NCBI GenBank assembly: GCA_048941285.1
Contig: JBHLNS010000010.1
Coordinates: forward strand, 20,177 to 84,176
DNA from: Promethearchaeota archaeon
GTDB taxonomy: Archaea; Asgardarchaeota; Lokiarchaeia; Sigyniarchaeales; SOKP01
DNA length: 64,000 nt
Direction of reading: 5' to 3'
Shown here: positions 7,982-17,443 of the stretch, piece by piece
Position numbering within the stretch: the stretch's first letter is position 1
How the letters are laid out: the number at the start of each line of letters is the position of its first letter
Translations under genes and position numbers: made by a program
The notes under the pieces: generated by a model
What the model was told of the DNA's origin: nothing
The model's input: the letters and a program-made list of their open reading frames with translations, nothing else
The model's database searches: none

Positions 7982-9661
7982 TTATTCTAGTTTATTCAAT
8001 TTTTTCATGCCAAAATATAGTAGTGGAATGCTAACCCCCATATTGTAAAGAAATATAGGAACCTGTATTAATAATCTCATAAATTCAATACTCCCTGGTC
8101 CAATGAAGATTAATAATCCTATAGGAAGAAACATTAATGGTTGCATAAGTAACATTGAGGTCATTGCATTTCCACGCATACTTGAATCTTTTTCTCCAAA
8201 AGCGGGAGAAATGCATTGGAGCCCCATTGCTTGACACATCGATATCTGAGCAAATAATAAAAATTCGATAAAGAAAATAACTGTATTTACAATGTCTATA
8301 TTTGAGAATATTGTTAGCATTGTAGTTACAAATATTGCTAAAAATATATTGAAGATTAACATCATTAGCAAATAAGAGTATACTAATGCTTTTATTCCCC
8401 TTGGAGATCGCTTATAGACCCATATTAAATCCTTTGAATCAATAAAGGCAAGATGTCCTATGATTATGCTTCCTATCCCCCCTCCAATAGCGATTAATAG
8501 TGTAGAGACAAATACAATACCAAAGGCATCATCATCCATGCTCGACATAAACCAACTCATAAATCCTAGAAGACCTATAACATAAGCAATCCTCGCAATA
8601 TTGGCCTTTTTCCTGAAAAATCTCTTGCATTGTACAATAATTAAACCACCCCATTTACGACCAGATATTTTCCTTAGAAGCTTATAAAATGGTTTTTCAT
8701 GTTCGATAATTGTAATATTACTCCTTTCGATTCCTACTTCTAAAGTATAAAACGATTCAGCTTTTCTATATGAGAAGTAAATTGTAAGGACTGGGATCCC
8801 AACAGCTAATAGAATGCTTAACCATATATTCAGGATGAACGCACTGAGTAAAACCGGATCTATAGAGTAGAGTATGATATTTGAATACCAAAGAGAAGGA
8901 TAAAATGCTAACCAATTTTTTAATTCAGGATGTTCCAATAAGAAATTAAGGAAAAAAATAACTGCATACATTATGACAACCATTAATATTGTAAAGACCC
9001 ATATTAGGGCTTTTCCTAAATCCCTTGCTTTTTCATTTTTAGAAATTTTATGCTCAAACCAACTAGCAACAATAGACCCTATTAGATTAGCAAAATATAC
9101 ATGTCCAAAGACTGTTCCATATATTATTACATATTGAAACAAAGTTAAATTAATGATAGGATTTATCATTCCCACAATGATTGGAGCAAGTATTAAGATT
9201 GAAATTGAATAGATAGGAGATTTGCCTAAAAATTCGCCTAAGAATATATCCCTTGCTTTAATTGGGGTAGCAAGTAATGTCTCTTTAGAACCAACTTGAT
9301 CTTCTCTATATACATTGTTTAATGGATAAATTACAAGAACTAGGAATAATGTCATCATGAGAGATTCGATGACAAGGGCTACTACAGGTTTAAATACATC
9401 AGAAAATTGAGTCGCTAAAGTTGGCATAAACAAATCGAATAGATATGGAGCTATAATAATAGCCCATATACATAGAAGTGAATATACTCCAATAAAAAAT
9501 GCCCTACGATGATTTCTAACGCTACTTGTTCTTATCCTTATCTCATTCTTAGCCACTATTTTCCATAAATTTCTTTTTTGATTTAAGAACTTAATTAAAT
9601 CTCGCCTTTCAGTTTCAGCTACGGTTTTATCAATTAATTCTTCAGTCTCTAGAACCGTCAT
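7982..9661 (-). CDS. putative ABC transporter permease (large polytopic, ABC-2-like)
   Basis: Start placed at ATG 9661 (MTVLETEE...), 7 nt after the ATPase stop; the track ORF opens at 9760 inside the ATPase gene. It has many TM segments and is tightly linked to the ATPase. Confidence 0.6.
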   Translation of the reverse strand: MTVLETEELIDKTVAETERRDLIKFLNQKRNLWKIVAKNEIRIRTSSVRNHRRAFFIGVYSLLCIWAIIIAPYLFDLFMPTLATQFSDVFKPVVALVIESLMMTLFLVLVIYPLNNVYREDQVGSKETLLATPIKARDIFLGEFLGKSPIYSISILILAPIIVGMINPIINLTLFQYVIIYGTVFGHVYFANLIGSIVASWFEHKISKNEKARDLGKALIWVFTILMVVIMYAVIFFLNFLLEHPELKNWLAFYPSLWYSNIILYSIDPVLLSAFILNIWLSILLAVGIPVLTIYFSYRKAESFYTLEVGIERSNITIIEHEKPFYKLLRKISGRKWGGLIIVQCKRFFRKKANIARIAYVIGLLGFMSWFMSSMDDDAFGIVFVSTLLIAIGGGIGSIIIGHLAFIDSKDLIWVYKRSPRGIKALVYSYLLMMLIFNIFLAIFVTTMLTIFSNIDIVNTVIFFIEFLLFAQISMCQAMGLQCISPAFGEKDSSMRGNAMTSMLLMQPLMFLPIGLLIFIGPGSIEFMRLLIQVPIFLYNMGVSIPLLYFGMKKLNKLE

Positions 9662-9668
9662 TTTAAGA

Positions 9669-10502
9669 TTACCTCGATTTTTTACTTCTCCTTTTCTTTT
9701 TTTTCCTTTGGTCAATTTTCTGATTGATAGAAATATCCTCTCTCCAGCCCAGTAAATCATCTATATGAGAAGCTCCAGTAATTTTTAAATATGCTTCTTC
9801 TAAATCTTTTGCTCCGACAGACTGGATTATTTCTTTTGGAGTGCCTTCAATTTTTATCTGGCCATCAACTATGATTCCAATGATATCGCATAATTCTTCA
9901 GCTGTATCCAGAAGATGGGTGCAAATAAAAATAGTTTTATCTGCTTTCTTAGTGAGTTGAGAAATTAAATTTTTCACCATCCTAGCTGCAGCAGGATCTA
10001 GATTCGATGTAGGCTCATCTAGAAATATTATTTCAGGATCTTGAATCAATGCAGCACATAAACATACTTTTTGTTTCATCCCTCTTGAATAGCTCTCTAA
10101 AAGATCATTTTGTCGACCTTCTAAATTAAATAATTCTATAAGTTCATTAATTCTAGTGGAAATTACATCTCTTGGCAAATAGTATAACTCACCAATAAAT
10201 TCTAAAAATTCTTTTGCAGTGAGTTTAGAATATAAACCAGGAGATTCTGGCAAAAATCCACATATCATTTTGACTTTCTGACTTTCGGTAACAATATCAT
10301 ATCCTCCAACTGAAGCGTTTCCTGAAGTCTTAGATATAATGGCATTAAGAATTCTTACAGTTGTAGTTTTTCCAGCTCCATTTGGCCCTAATAGACCATA
10401 TGTTTTTCCATAAGGAATATTTAGATTTATCTTATTGACAGCAAGAATATTACCAAAGTTCTTAGTAAGATCTTGTGTTTTAATTGCCTGTGCTTTACTC
10501 AA
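9669..10502 (-). CDS. ABC transporter ATP-binding protein
   Basis: Walker A GPNGAGKTT, signature YSRGMKQKV, Walker B IIFLDEPTSNLD; TTG start with GGAGGT 7 nt upstream; unusual Lys/Arg-rich C-terminal tail (RKKKKRRSKKSR). Confidence 0.9.
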   Translation of the reverse strand: MSKAQAIKTQDLTKNFGNILAVNKINLNIPYGKTYGLLGPNGAGKTTTVRILNAIISKTSGNASVGGYDIVTESQKVKMICGFLPESPGLYSKLTAKEFLEFIGELYYLPRDVISTRINELIELFNLEGRQNDLLESYSRGMKQKVCLCAALIQDPEIIFLDEPTSNLDPAAARMVKNLISQLTKKADKTIFICTHLLDTAEELCDIIGIIVDGQIKIEGTPKEIIQSVGAKDLEEAYLKITGASHIDDLLGWREDISINQKIDQRKKKKRRSKKSR

Positions 10503-10734
10503 ATTTTTGTACCTCCATTTTTTTATTTTTATATTTATCTTGATAAGAGATAATAAATATAAGAAAAATAATGAAAAGAAAAGAATCGAGATCCATGTTA
10601 ATACTTATCCATCCTAGGTTTTCTCCTATAACTATCAAGAACTCTAACAGAGCGAAAATAATTCCAACTACGCATACACCAATTTGATTGTCATTTTCCA
10701 AGTTGCTCACCTTGCATGGTTCTGTTGTTTCCAT
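10495..10734 (-). CDS. possible small membrane protein
   Basis: 79-aa ORF with two hydrophobic segments; its 3' end overlaps the ATPase start and carries the ATPase SD; the true start is uncertain. Confidence 0.3.
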   Translation of the reverse strand: METTEPCKVSNLENDNQIGVCVVGIIFALLEFLIVIGENLGWISINMDLDSFLFIIFLIFIISYQDKYKNKKMEVQKFE

Positions 10735-10924
10735 TAGAATCTTTACTTTTTTCTAATCGATATTTAATTAAAAAACTAATATTCATAACTATAGAAATTC
10801 CAGTCAACATCCCCTTAAAAAAGCTGATAACAGATAAATCTGGTAGAAGGATACCCATTATCAGGGCGATTGTTAATGAGGTTGCACCAATTATAAACAT
10901 AGATTCTTTCTTCATATTTAACAT
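10691..10924 (-). CDS. possible small two-TM membrane protein
   Basis: 77 aa, MLNMKKESMFIIGATSLTIALIMGILLP...; first ORF of the minus-strand ABC unit; no family recognised. Confidence 0.4.
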   Translation of the reverse strand: MLNMKKESMFIIGATSLTIALIMGILLPDLSVISFFKGMLTGISIVMNISFLIKYRLEKSKDSNGNNRTMQGEQLGK

Positions 10925-11184
10925 AACCTAAATTGAACTAATTCATAAATTTTAAATTTTCTTAATTTTTTATCCTTAGAGACTTTCTGAAGCCTCAATA
11001 GATTTATATGAAATAAAATATATAAAGCTTTGTATCGCAAAGTAATGTTTACTATAAAGTGTAATTTGTAATAAAATATGCCTTCAGTCCTCTCCGATCT
11101 TAAGAAAAAAAATAGAGAAAATTATAAATAAATCTAAATTTAAAGTGTATAATATTAATAATCTACAAGTGGAAAAATGAAAAA

Positions 11185-12066
11185 ATGACAGCTATTAGAA
11201 AAGAAGGAAAAGTGAATGATGATACGACTCTCATTGACATTAATATGTTTGGAGTTCCTAAAATCACTGCTATTTATCTAATTGAGAGTGGAAAGAAATG
11301 TTTAATTGATGCAGGAACCCATACGGAAGCTCGAAAAATCCTTAGACAATTGAAAGAGTTGAATGCTTTTCCCCCAGATGTAATTGTAATAACTCATTCA
11401 CATTGGGATCATTGTCAAGCCATCCCTTTTTTAAGCCAAAGGGCAAAAAAAGAGGGAAAAGAAATTGAAATATATGCTTCAGCAGAAGCCATCCCAAACT
11501 TAAGGGACCAATCTTACAACGAAATTTTTGGAACAGGACCCTTTAATAATATTGAAGATGATATCATTTCTGTCAAAGAAGGTGATGTTGTAAATTTAGA
11601 TGGGATATCTCTAAAAATTTTTGAGACACCAGGTCATATATTTGATCATATTGCTATTTTAGATGAGAAAAACAAAAATCTCTTCATAGGGGATACGCTT
11701 GGTGATAAAGTCTCAGATATTGTATTTGTCCCTCCATTCATGCCTCCTTATTGGGATAATGAGTCATATCTTAGTACAATTAATAAAGTTAAAAAAATTG
11801 ATTATAAAACAATCAGTTTGGCACATTTTGGATATATTCAAGGAGATGAAGCCAAAACTATTTTAGATGAATCTGTTGATAATTATAGAAAATGGTGGAA
11901 TATTTTTGAAGAAAATACTGAGAAGATTGATGATATCCCATATATAATCGAAAATGTTATACCATCACTGATACCTAAATCATCAATTGATCGATTTCCT
12001 AATAGGCTTGTAGAAGCTATTAGTTTTTGGTTAAGTGAAGGTTTTAAAATCTCGAAAGGTATATGA
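11185..12066 (+). CDS. MBL-fold metallo-hydrolase
   Basis: THSHWDHCQA (HxHxDH), ETPGHIFDH, LAHFG. Confidence 0.8.
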   Translation: MTAIRKEGKVNDDTTLIDINMFGVPKITAIYLIESGKKCLIDAGTHTEARKILRQLKELNAFPPDVIVITHSHWDHCQAIPFLSQRAKKEGKEIEIYASAEAIPNLRDQSYNEIFGTGPFNNIEDDIISVKEGDVVNLDGISLKIFETPGHIFDHIAILDEKNKNLFIGDTLGDKVSDIVFVPPFMPPYWDNESYLSTINKVKKIDYKTISLAHFGYIQGDEAKTILDESVDNYRKWWNIFEENTEKIDDIPYIIENVIPSLIPKSSIDRFPNRLVEAISFWLSEGFKISKGI

Positions 12067-12075
12067 ATAAATACT

Positions 12076-12672
12076 TTAGATTTTCCTACATACTAATTCT
12101 CCTTTTTCGATGGGGACTATCAAAGCATCTACTCTCTTATCAGTTAATGCTTTATCTAACATAGGTTTTAAAGTTTCATAATGATTTATAGCATTATCAG
12201 CAACAAAAATACCACCTTTAACCATATTTGGAATCACTAGATCATAACACTCCTCATAAACCTCTTTTTCAGCATCTAAAAAGCAAAATGAGATATTCTT
12301 ATAATTAGGAATATAATATCTCGCATCGCCTTCTATTAAGTCAACTAGATCCACTACATTGGTTAATTCAAAGGTTTCTCTCGCTAACTTTGCTTTTTCT
12401 TTTAAAATTTCAAATGTAATTACTTTAGTCCCTATTAATTGGCATGCAAGAACAATCCATAAAGTAGAATATCCTGCACTAGTACCAATTTCTAAAAAAT
12501 CCCCTTTTGGGGCACAAGCAGCTAGAATTGAAATAAATTTACCTGTTTCACGGGGAATTTGGCGCAATCTTTCCATTCTAGAAGTTCCATCTGTTCTATC
12601 TTGAGCATCTAATTTCTCTAGATATTCCATTCTCTTGTTTATAGATTCAGGTATAGTATGAAACATTTTCAC
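12076..12672 (-). CDS. class I SAM-dependent O-methyltransferase (family 3, caffeoyl-CoA-OMT-like)
   Basis: [17 protein letters not shown]-binding motif, FLDAEKEVY and GGIFVADNA, typical of O-methyltransferase family 3. Confidence 0.8.
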   Translation of the reverse strand: MKMFHTIPESINKRMEYLEKLDAQDRTDGTSRMERLRQIPRETGKFISILAACAPKGDFLEIGTSAGYSTLWIVLACQLIGTKVITFEILKEKAKLARETFELTNVVDLVDLIEGDARYYIPNYKNISFCFLDAEKEVYEECYDLVIPNMVKGGIFVADNAINHYETLKPMLDKALTDKRVDALIVPIEKGELVCRKI

Positions 12673-12707
12673 TCAAATTTTGAACTTTAATTAAATTAAT
12701 TATAATT

Positions 12708-12724
12708 AAAAAAAGAAAAAAAAA
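12708..12724 (-). terminator. oligo-T tract (T9-C-T7 on the minus strand) after the SDR gene
   Basis: The plus strand reads A7-G-A9 immediately downstream (minus sense) of the SDR stop at 12741. Confidence 0.35.
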
Positions 12725-12740
12725 TTAATAAACAAATTTA

Positions 12741-13580
12741 TTACGATTTGAAGCCTGTTATTTCTTCGCAAATCTTCCATAATCGGTTAGCATATTCTTT
12801 GTTGTAAGATTCTTCTGAAGATTCTCTTGGTTCCTTATTTATAAAATACTTACCTGTTATTCCTTCTACGTCTGGAGAAGAGGCTAAATAAATTGATGTT
12901 TTAGCTCCTTCTTCTGGACTTTTGAAGAATTTTCTTGCAAACCATTGGCTAAACTTTGACTGATCTCGACCAAGATTAGTATTAACCACGCCAGGATGGA
13001 CTGCATTAACCGTTACTCCAGTTCCTTCTAATCTTCTACTTAATTCATAAGTGAATAATACAGTTCCTAACTTAGATATTCCATATACTCTAAATAAGCT
13101 ATATTTCTTGTTTTCACTCTGAAGATCATCGAAATCAATTTTAGCTTTTTTATGTGCTGCTGAGGCGACATTAATAATGCGACTTGGAGCACTTTTTTTT
13201 AGATCATCAAGTAATAAATTGGTTAATAAAAAGGGACCAATAAGATGTGTCGCAAAATTCATTTCAATTCCATCTATAGATAAAATTCGCTCTTTAAGCA
13301 TGATTCCAGCGTTATTTATTAATACGTGTAAACTCTTATATTTACTCTTAAAATCTGAAACGAACTTGCGAATTGAATCCTGAGATGATAAATCACATAA
13401 AAGTAAATCAACATTTCTGTTTCCTGTCTTCTCAATGATTTCTTTTTTTGCTTCTTCTCCACGTTCTTTACTAATACAGAGCATTACTACAGTTGCATTC
13501 ATACTTGCTAAAGCTTTTGCTGTTTCCTTTCCGATACCTGAATTAGCACCAGTTATTAAGCATACTTTTCCTTCCATCAT
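12741..13580 (-). CDS. SDR family oxidoreductase (retinol-dehydrogenase-like)
   Basis: TGANSGIGKETA cofactor motif, NNAG, catalytic YGISK (YxxxK). Confidence 0.9.
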   Translation of the reverse strand: MMEGKVCLITGANSGIGKETAKALASMNATVVMLCISKERGEEAKKEIIEKTGNRNVDLLLCDLSSQDSIRKFVSDFKSKYKSLHVLINNAGIMLKERILSIDGIEMNFATHLIGPFLLTNLLLDDLKKSAPSRIINVASAAHKKAKIDFDDLQSENKKYSLFRVYGISKLGTVLFTYELSRRLEGTGVTVNAVHPGVVNTNLGRDQSKFSQWFARKFFKSPEEGAKTSIYLASSPDVEGITGKYFINKEPRESSEESYNKEYANRLWKICEEITGFKS

Positions 13581-13635
13581 AAGTCTAAACTCTTCTTTAT
13601 AGATTACATTGCTAGTAATATTTTGAATGATAAAA

Positions 13636-15321
13636 TTATAATAAATATGTTGTCAATATACCATAAGTCGAAATTACTGAAATTAGAATTATCAAAATGA
13701 TTACAGTTATCCTAAAAATAAAGGTTTTTTTTAATTTTTTTGAAAGAACTTCTTTTGGAAAATTCATAAAATTATAAATATATTTATTAAAAATACTCTT
13801 TCCTTCACGTTTACGAGTAATTTCAATTCTATAGACAGCGTGGAGTGTTATTATTTCAATTTGATCAATTGGGAAGCAAACATAAAGAAATATAAAGGCA
13901 AATTCAATAATTAAGAAAATAGTGCTAATTATGTTACTTAATAGAAATACATGGGCATCAAGTACAATCCATTCTTCAATCTGATATGCGATGGTTAAAA
14001 TTAAAATCCATCCTATCAGAGAGATATCTAATAGTTCTAATTTACGAAACTGTTTTTTAACTGAAACGGATCCCACCTTATTATGTGTTATATATTGGAA
14101 TTTAAATTTAAATTTTCTTTGAAATCTAAAAATCTTGCTATTATCATCGTAATGGAAAGTATCGCCTCCTCGATTACTAAAATTATAATTTAATGCTTTA
14201 GCTAATAATATGATCCCATAGAGAAGGGTTATCCAAAATAGTAATGGCCCCAGTAAGAATAATTCAGTATTTATAAAAGTTGTTCTTATTATTAGAAACA
14301 ATCCAAAGATTAAAGCAAACATTTGAAAATGTCGATTACTTACCTTTGAAAATAGAGTATCGTCTTTTTCATATTTCTTTAATTCACAACCTAAAAATTC
14401 ACTAAAATTTTTGGTAAATTGGAATCGTTTTTTGCCTTGTATTGGAGAAAACCACATATAGTACAACAAATCTGCTGTGATAATTTCATAAAAGTCTTGA
14501 GTAAAAAATATAAGTAAAATTAAACCAAAAATTTCTAAAATTGAACATATGATGAGAAACCACGAAATGTAAAGTTCGGAAACATTAATTGGATCAATAA
14601 ATATTGAAATTGCAGTTATTAGTTGAAATCCAATTAGAGGTACTAAAAGCAGGATCCAAGATAATTTACGTCCGAGATAATTATTTTGATATTTTATAGT
14701 ATCAATCTGATTTTTAGGAATTTCATGGATCCAAGGAAATAGAGGGCGATATTCTAAAAAAAAGTAGGAATTTTGAGATTGAGTGAATATTCCTCTGAAA
14801 GGACTCAATATTAAATAAATAAAAAGACTAATTCCAATACCGAATGCTGGGAGTCCAATAGCATAGAAAAAAGTATTTTCTCCGAGAATAAAGAACCCTG
14901 CATAATTAATTTGATTTATAGTATTTTGAGTAGAAATTATAATAGAAATTATACCAACTGATATAAATGTTAGAGCTGCGATCAATCGGCTTATTGAGAA
15001 TGAGTTGAATTTAATAGAATTTTCCAATGATTCTCTAAAATTACTCGAATCTATGCGAATCGATGATTCTCTACGTAAATAATAGGGTGGAAAAATAAAT
15101 TTCCAAGTAATTACCATACCAATTACTATAATCAATATGTAAATCATAAGCGAGAGATTAATACCGTTTATTCGTATTCCAAAATCGATTTGAGATGTTG
15201 TAAATAAAATCCCTAATAAAATTAAAGATGAACCAAAAATCAAATAGATTAAGCGAAATAACCATCTTTTTAGAGATGAAATTTTTAACTTCTCGAGTTC
15301 ATCCTCGCTTAAAACACTCAT
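13636..15321 (-). CDS. large polytopic membrane protein, function unknown
   Basis: 561 aa, more than 10 hydrophobic segments, no recognisable motif; divergent from the PL11-like gene. Confidence 0.55.
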   Translation of the reverse strand: MSVLSEDELEKLKISSLKRWLFRLIYLIFGSSLILLGILFTTSQIDFGIRINGINLSLMIYILIIVIGMVITWKFIFPPYYLRRESSIRIDSSNFRESLENSIKFNSFSISRLIAALTFISVGIISIIISTQNTINQINYAGFFILGENTFFYAIGLPAFGIGISLFIYLILSPFRGIFTQSQNSYFFLEYRPLFPWIHEIPKNQIDTIKYQNNYLGRKLSWILLLVPLIGFQLITAISIFIDPINVSELYISWFLIICSILEIFGLILLIFFTQDFYEIITADLLYYMWFSPIQGKKRFQFTKNFSEFLGCELKKYEKDDTLFSKVSNRHFQMFALIFGLFLIIRTTFINTELFLLGPLLFWITLLYGIILLAKALNYNFSNRGGDTFHYDDNSKIFRFQRKFKFKFQYITHNKVGSVSVKKQFRKLELLDISLIGWILILTIAYQIEEWIVLDAHVFLLSNIISTIFLIIEFAFIFLYVCFPIDQIEIITLHAVYRIEITRKREGKSIFNKYIYNFMNFPKEVLSKKLKKTFIFRITVIILIILISVISTYGILTTYLL

Positions 15322-15431
15322 AATAATATAAAATCTTTAATCAAATCAATTTATATTTCTTTGATCATTAAATCTTATAAATTTTTTAATTCATTAGGTT
15401 TAACTCTTTACAATTTATTATTGGATTTTTA

Positions 15432-17432
15432 ATGAAAATTAAAAAAAACACAACTGTTCGAAGACGTAAAATCCCACGTTTAAGTCTTATAAGTTCTGTC
15501 ATATTTTTTTACATAATCTTTTTTAATCTGTGTTTTAATCCTTTTCCTTTATATAAGAAGGATATTGATAATCTTGTTGATGGACGTCTCTCGGAAAACT
15601 TGGATCGAGGTATTATTGCGATCTACATCAATAGTAGCCATGTATATGTAGGTTGGAGATTACTTGAAGATGATCCTATCAATATTTCATTCAATCTTTA
15701 CAGAGATAGCTTAGAAAGTTTGCCTATCAAATTAAATAAAGAATTAATCAGTCAAACTACCAATTTCATCGATCAACCTCCTAGTAATGAGACTAATTTT
15801 CGTTATTGGGTAAGACCAGTAGTCAATAGCTCTGAGCTAAGCCCTTCTAGAGGAACTTCAATATTAAATAATTTGGGAGAAGATTATATATCAATTGGTC
15901 TTAATGGAAATTATACATTTCAGAAAATAGGAATTGCAGATCTCAACGGTGATGGAAGCTATGATTATATCATAAAACAACCAAATTATAATATTGACCC
16001 TTTAGAACCGTATTTGGATGGGAATTGGGAGCCAAGCCAGGATACATATAAAATAGAGGCTTATTTATCTAATGGAACCTTTCTATGGAGTAAAGATTTA
16101 GGATGGGATATAGAACAAGGAATTTGGTATTCTCCCTATGTTGTTTATGATTTCGATGGAGATGGAAGAGCGGAAATTGCTTTAAAAACAGGTATTGGAG
16201 ATCATCGGGACTTGCTTGGTCGAGTTCAGACAGGTCCTGAATATCTTTCAATCTGGGATGGTATGACTGGCACCGAAATAACACGTTATCCATGGCCTCG
16301 ACGAATACCTCAGTTTTATAGCTGGAACTCTCGTAATCAGCTTGGTATTGCTTTTTTGGATGGCTATAATCCAAGTATTATTATAGCTCGAGGAACCTAT
16401 GGAATTATGAGACTTGAAGCAGTTCAATTTACTAATAATACTATTAAAAATTTATGGAAATGGGATACTAGTCAAGAATATTTTTTTAAATACTTTGGGC
16501 AAGGGGCTCATTTCATGCATTGTGCTGATGTAGATTCAGATGGGTTCGATGAAGTTTTGCTAGGATCATGTGTTATAGATCAAAATGGTAAGGGTCTCTG
16601 GTCTACTGGATTACAACATCCAGATCATTTTTATATTGGTGATATCGACCCGGGTCATCCCGGACTAGAAATATATTATGGTTTAGAAGGAATTCTTGCA
16701 GGAGTTGTAAGACACGAAAATGATATTTGCCTTGTTGATGCTGCAACAGGTAAGATTTTATGGGGAATAAAAGAGAAGACTTATCATGTTCATAGTCGAG
16801 GTTTAGTCTCTGATATTGACCCAGCTTATCCCGGAATGGAATGTTATAGTGGAGAATCTGATCTTCCTAAAAGATGGTTACATTCTGCTAATGGAACTTT
16901 CATAGCAAATGAAATTACATTTGATATTGGTTTAAACCCTGCAGCTGTATATTGGGATGCAGATCTTCAACGTGAATTATTATATAGTGGAAGAATCGAA
17001 GATTATAGTTCCAGTGAAATTCATTTATCGGGTATTAGTGGATATCAAGTGGCTTGGACAGATATATTGGGTGATTGGAGAGAGGAAGTCATAGTTTCAG
17101 TCGAAGGTGAAATAAGAATTTATACAACAACAATCCCAGCTGAAGATAGAAGGGTTTGCTTAATGCAAGATCCAATATATAGGCTTGATGTAGCACACAA
17201 TTCTATGGGATACTCTCAAGTACCTATGACCTCATATTGTCTTGATACCACTGGAGTAGTACCCTCAAGATATTCTGAACCAGAAGATAATTTTTATAAC
17301 TTTATGTTATTAATTATTATTTTGATTATTATTGCTATAGCTATCACTACAGTTATTGTTATAGCATTTTGGTTGTCAAAAAGAGACCAATTAGTCATTA
17401 TATTATCTCATTTATATAAAAAGGATAAGTAA
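15432..17432 (+). CDS. rhamnogalacturonan lyase family 11 (PL11, YesW/YesX-like) beta-propeller protein, membrane-anchored
   Basis: Collinear with PL11 landmarks: LDRGIIAI..VYVGWRLL, IADLNGDGSYDYIIK, YDFDGDGRAEIALKT, GPEYLSIWDG, ADVDSDGFDEVLLGS, GDIDPGHPGLEIY, VDAATGKILWG, DILGDWREEVIV..IRIYTTTIP, LMQDPIYR; N-terminal hydrophobic signal/anchor and C-terminal TM. Confidence 0.85.
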   Translation: MKIKKNTTVRRRKIPRLSLISSVIFFYIIFFNLCFNPFPLYKKDIDNLVDGRLSENLDRGIIAIYINSSHVYVGWRLLEDDPINISFNLYRDSLESLPIKLNKELISQTTNFIDQPPSNETNFRYWVRPVVNSSELSPSRGTSILNNLGEDYISIGLNGNYTFQKIGIADLNGDGSYDYIIKQPNYNIDPLEPYLDGNWEPSQDTYKIEAYLSNGTFLWSKDLGWDIEQGIWYSPYVVYDFDGDGRAEIALKTGIGDHRDLLGRVQTGPEYLSIWDGMTGTEITRYPWPRRIPQFYSWNSRNQLGIAFLDGYNPSIIIARGTYGIMRLEAVQFTNNTIKNLWKWDTSQEYFFKYFGQGAHFMHCADVDSDGFDEVLLGSCVIDQNGKGLWSTGLQHPDHFYIGDIDPGHPGLEIYYGLEGILAGVVRHENDICLVDAATGKILWGIKEKTYHVHSRGLVSDIDPAYPGMECYSGESDLPKRWLHSANGTFIANEITFDIGLNPAAVYWDADLQRELLYSGRIEDYSSSEIHLSGISGYQVAWTDILGDWREEVIVSVEGEIRIYTTTIPAEDRRVCLMQDPIYRLDVAHNSMGYSQVPMTSYCLDTTGVVPSRYSEPEDNFYNFMLLIIILIIIAIAITTVIVIAFWLSKRDQLVIILSHLYKKDK

Positions 17433-17443
17433 ATAATTAAGTC

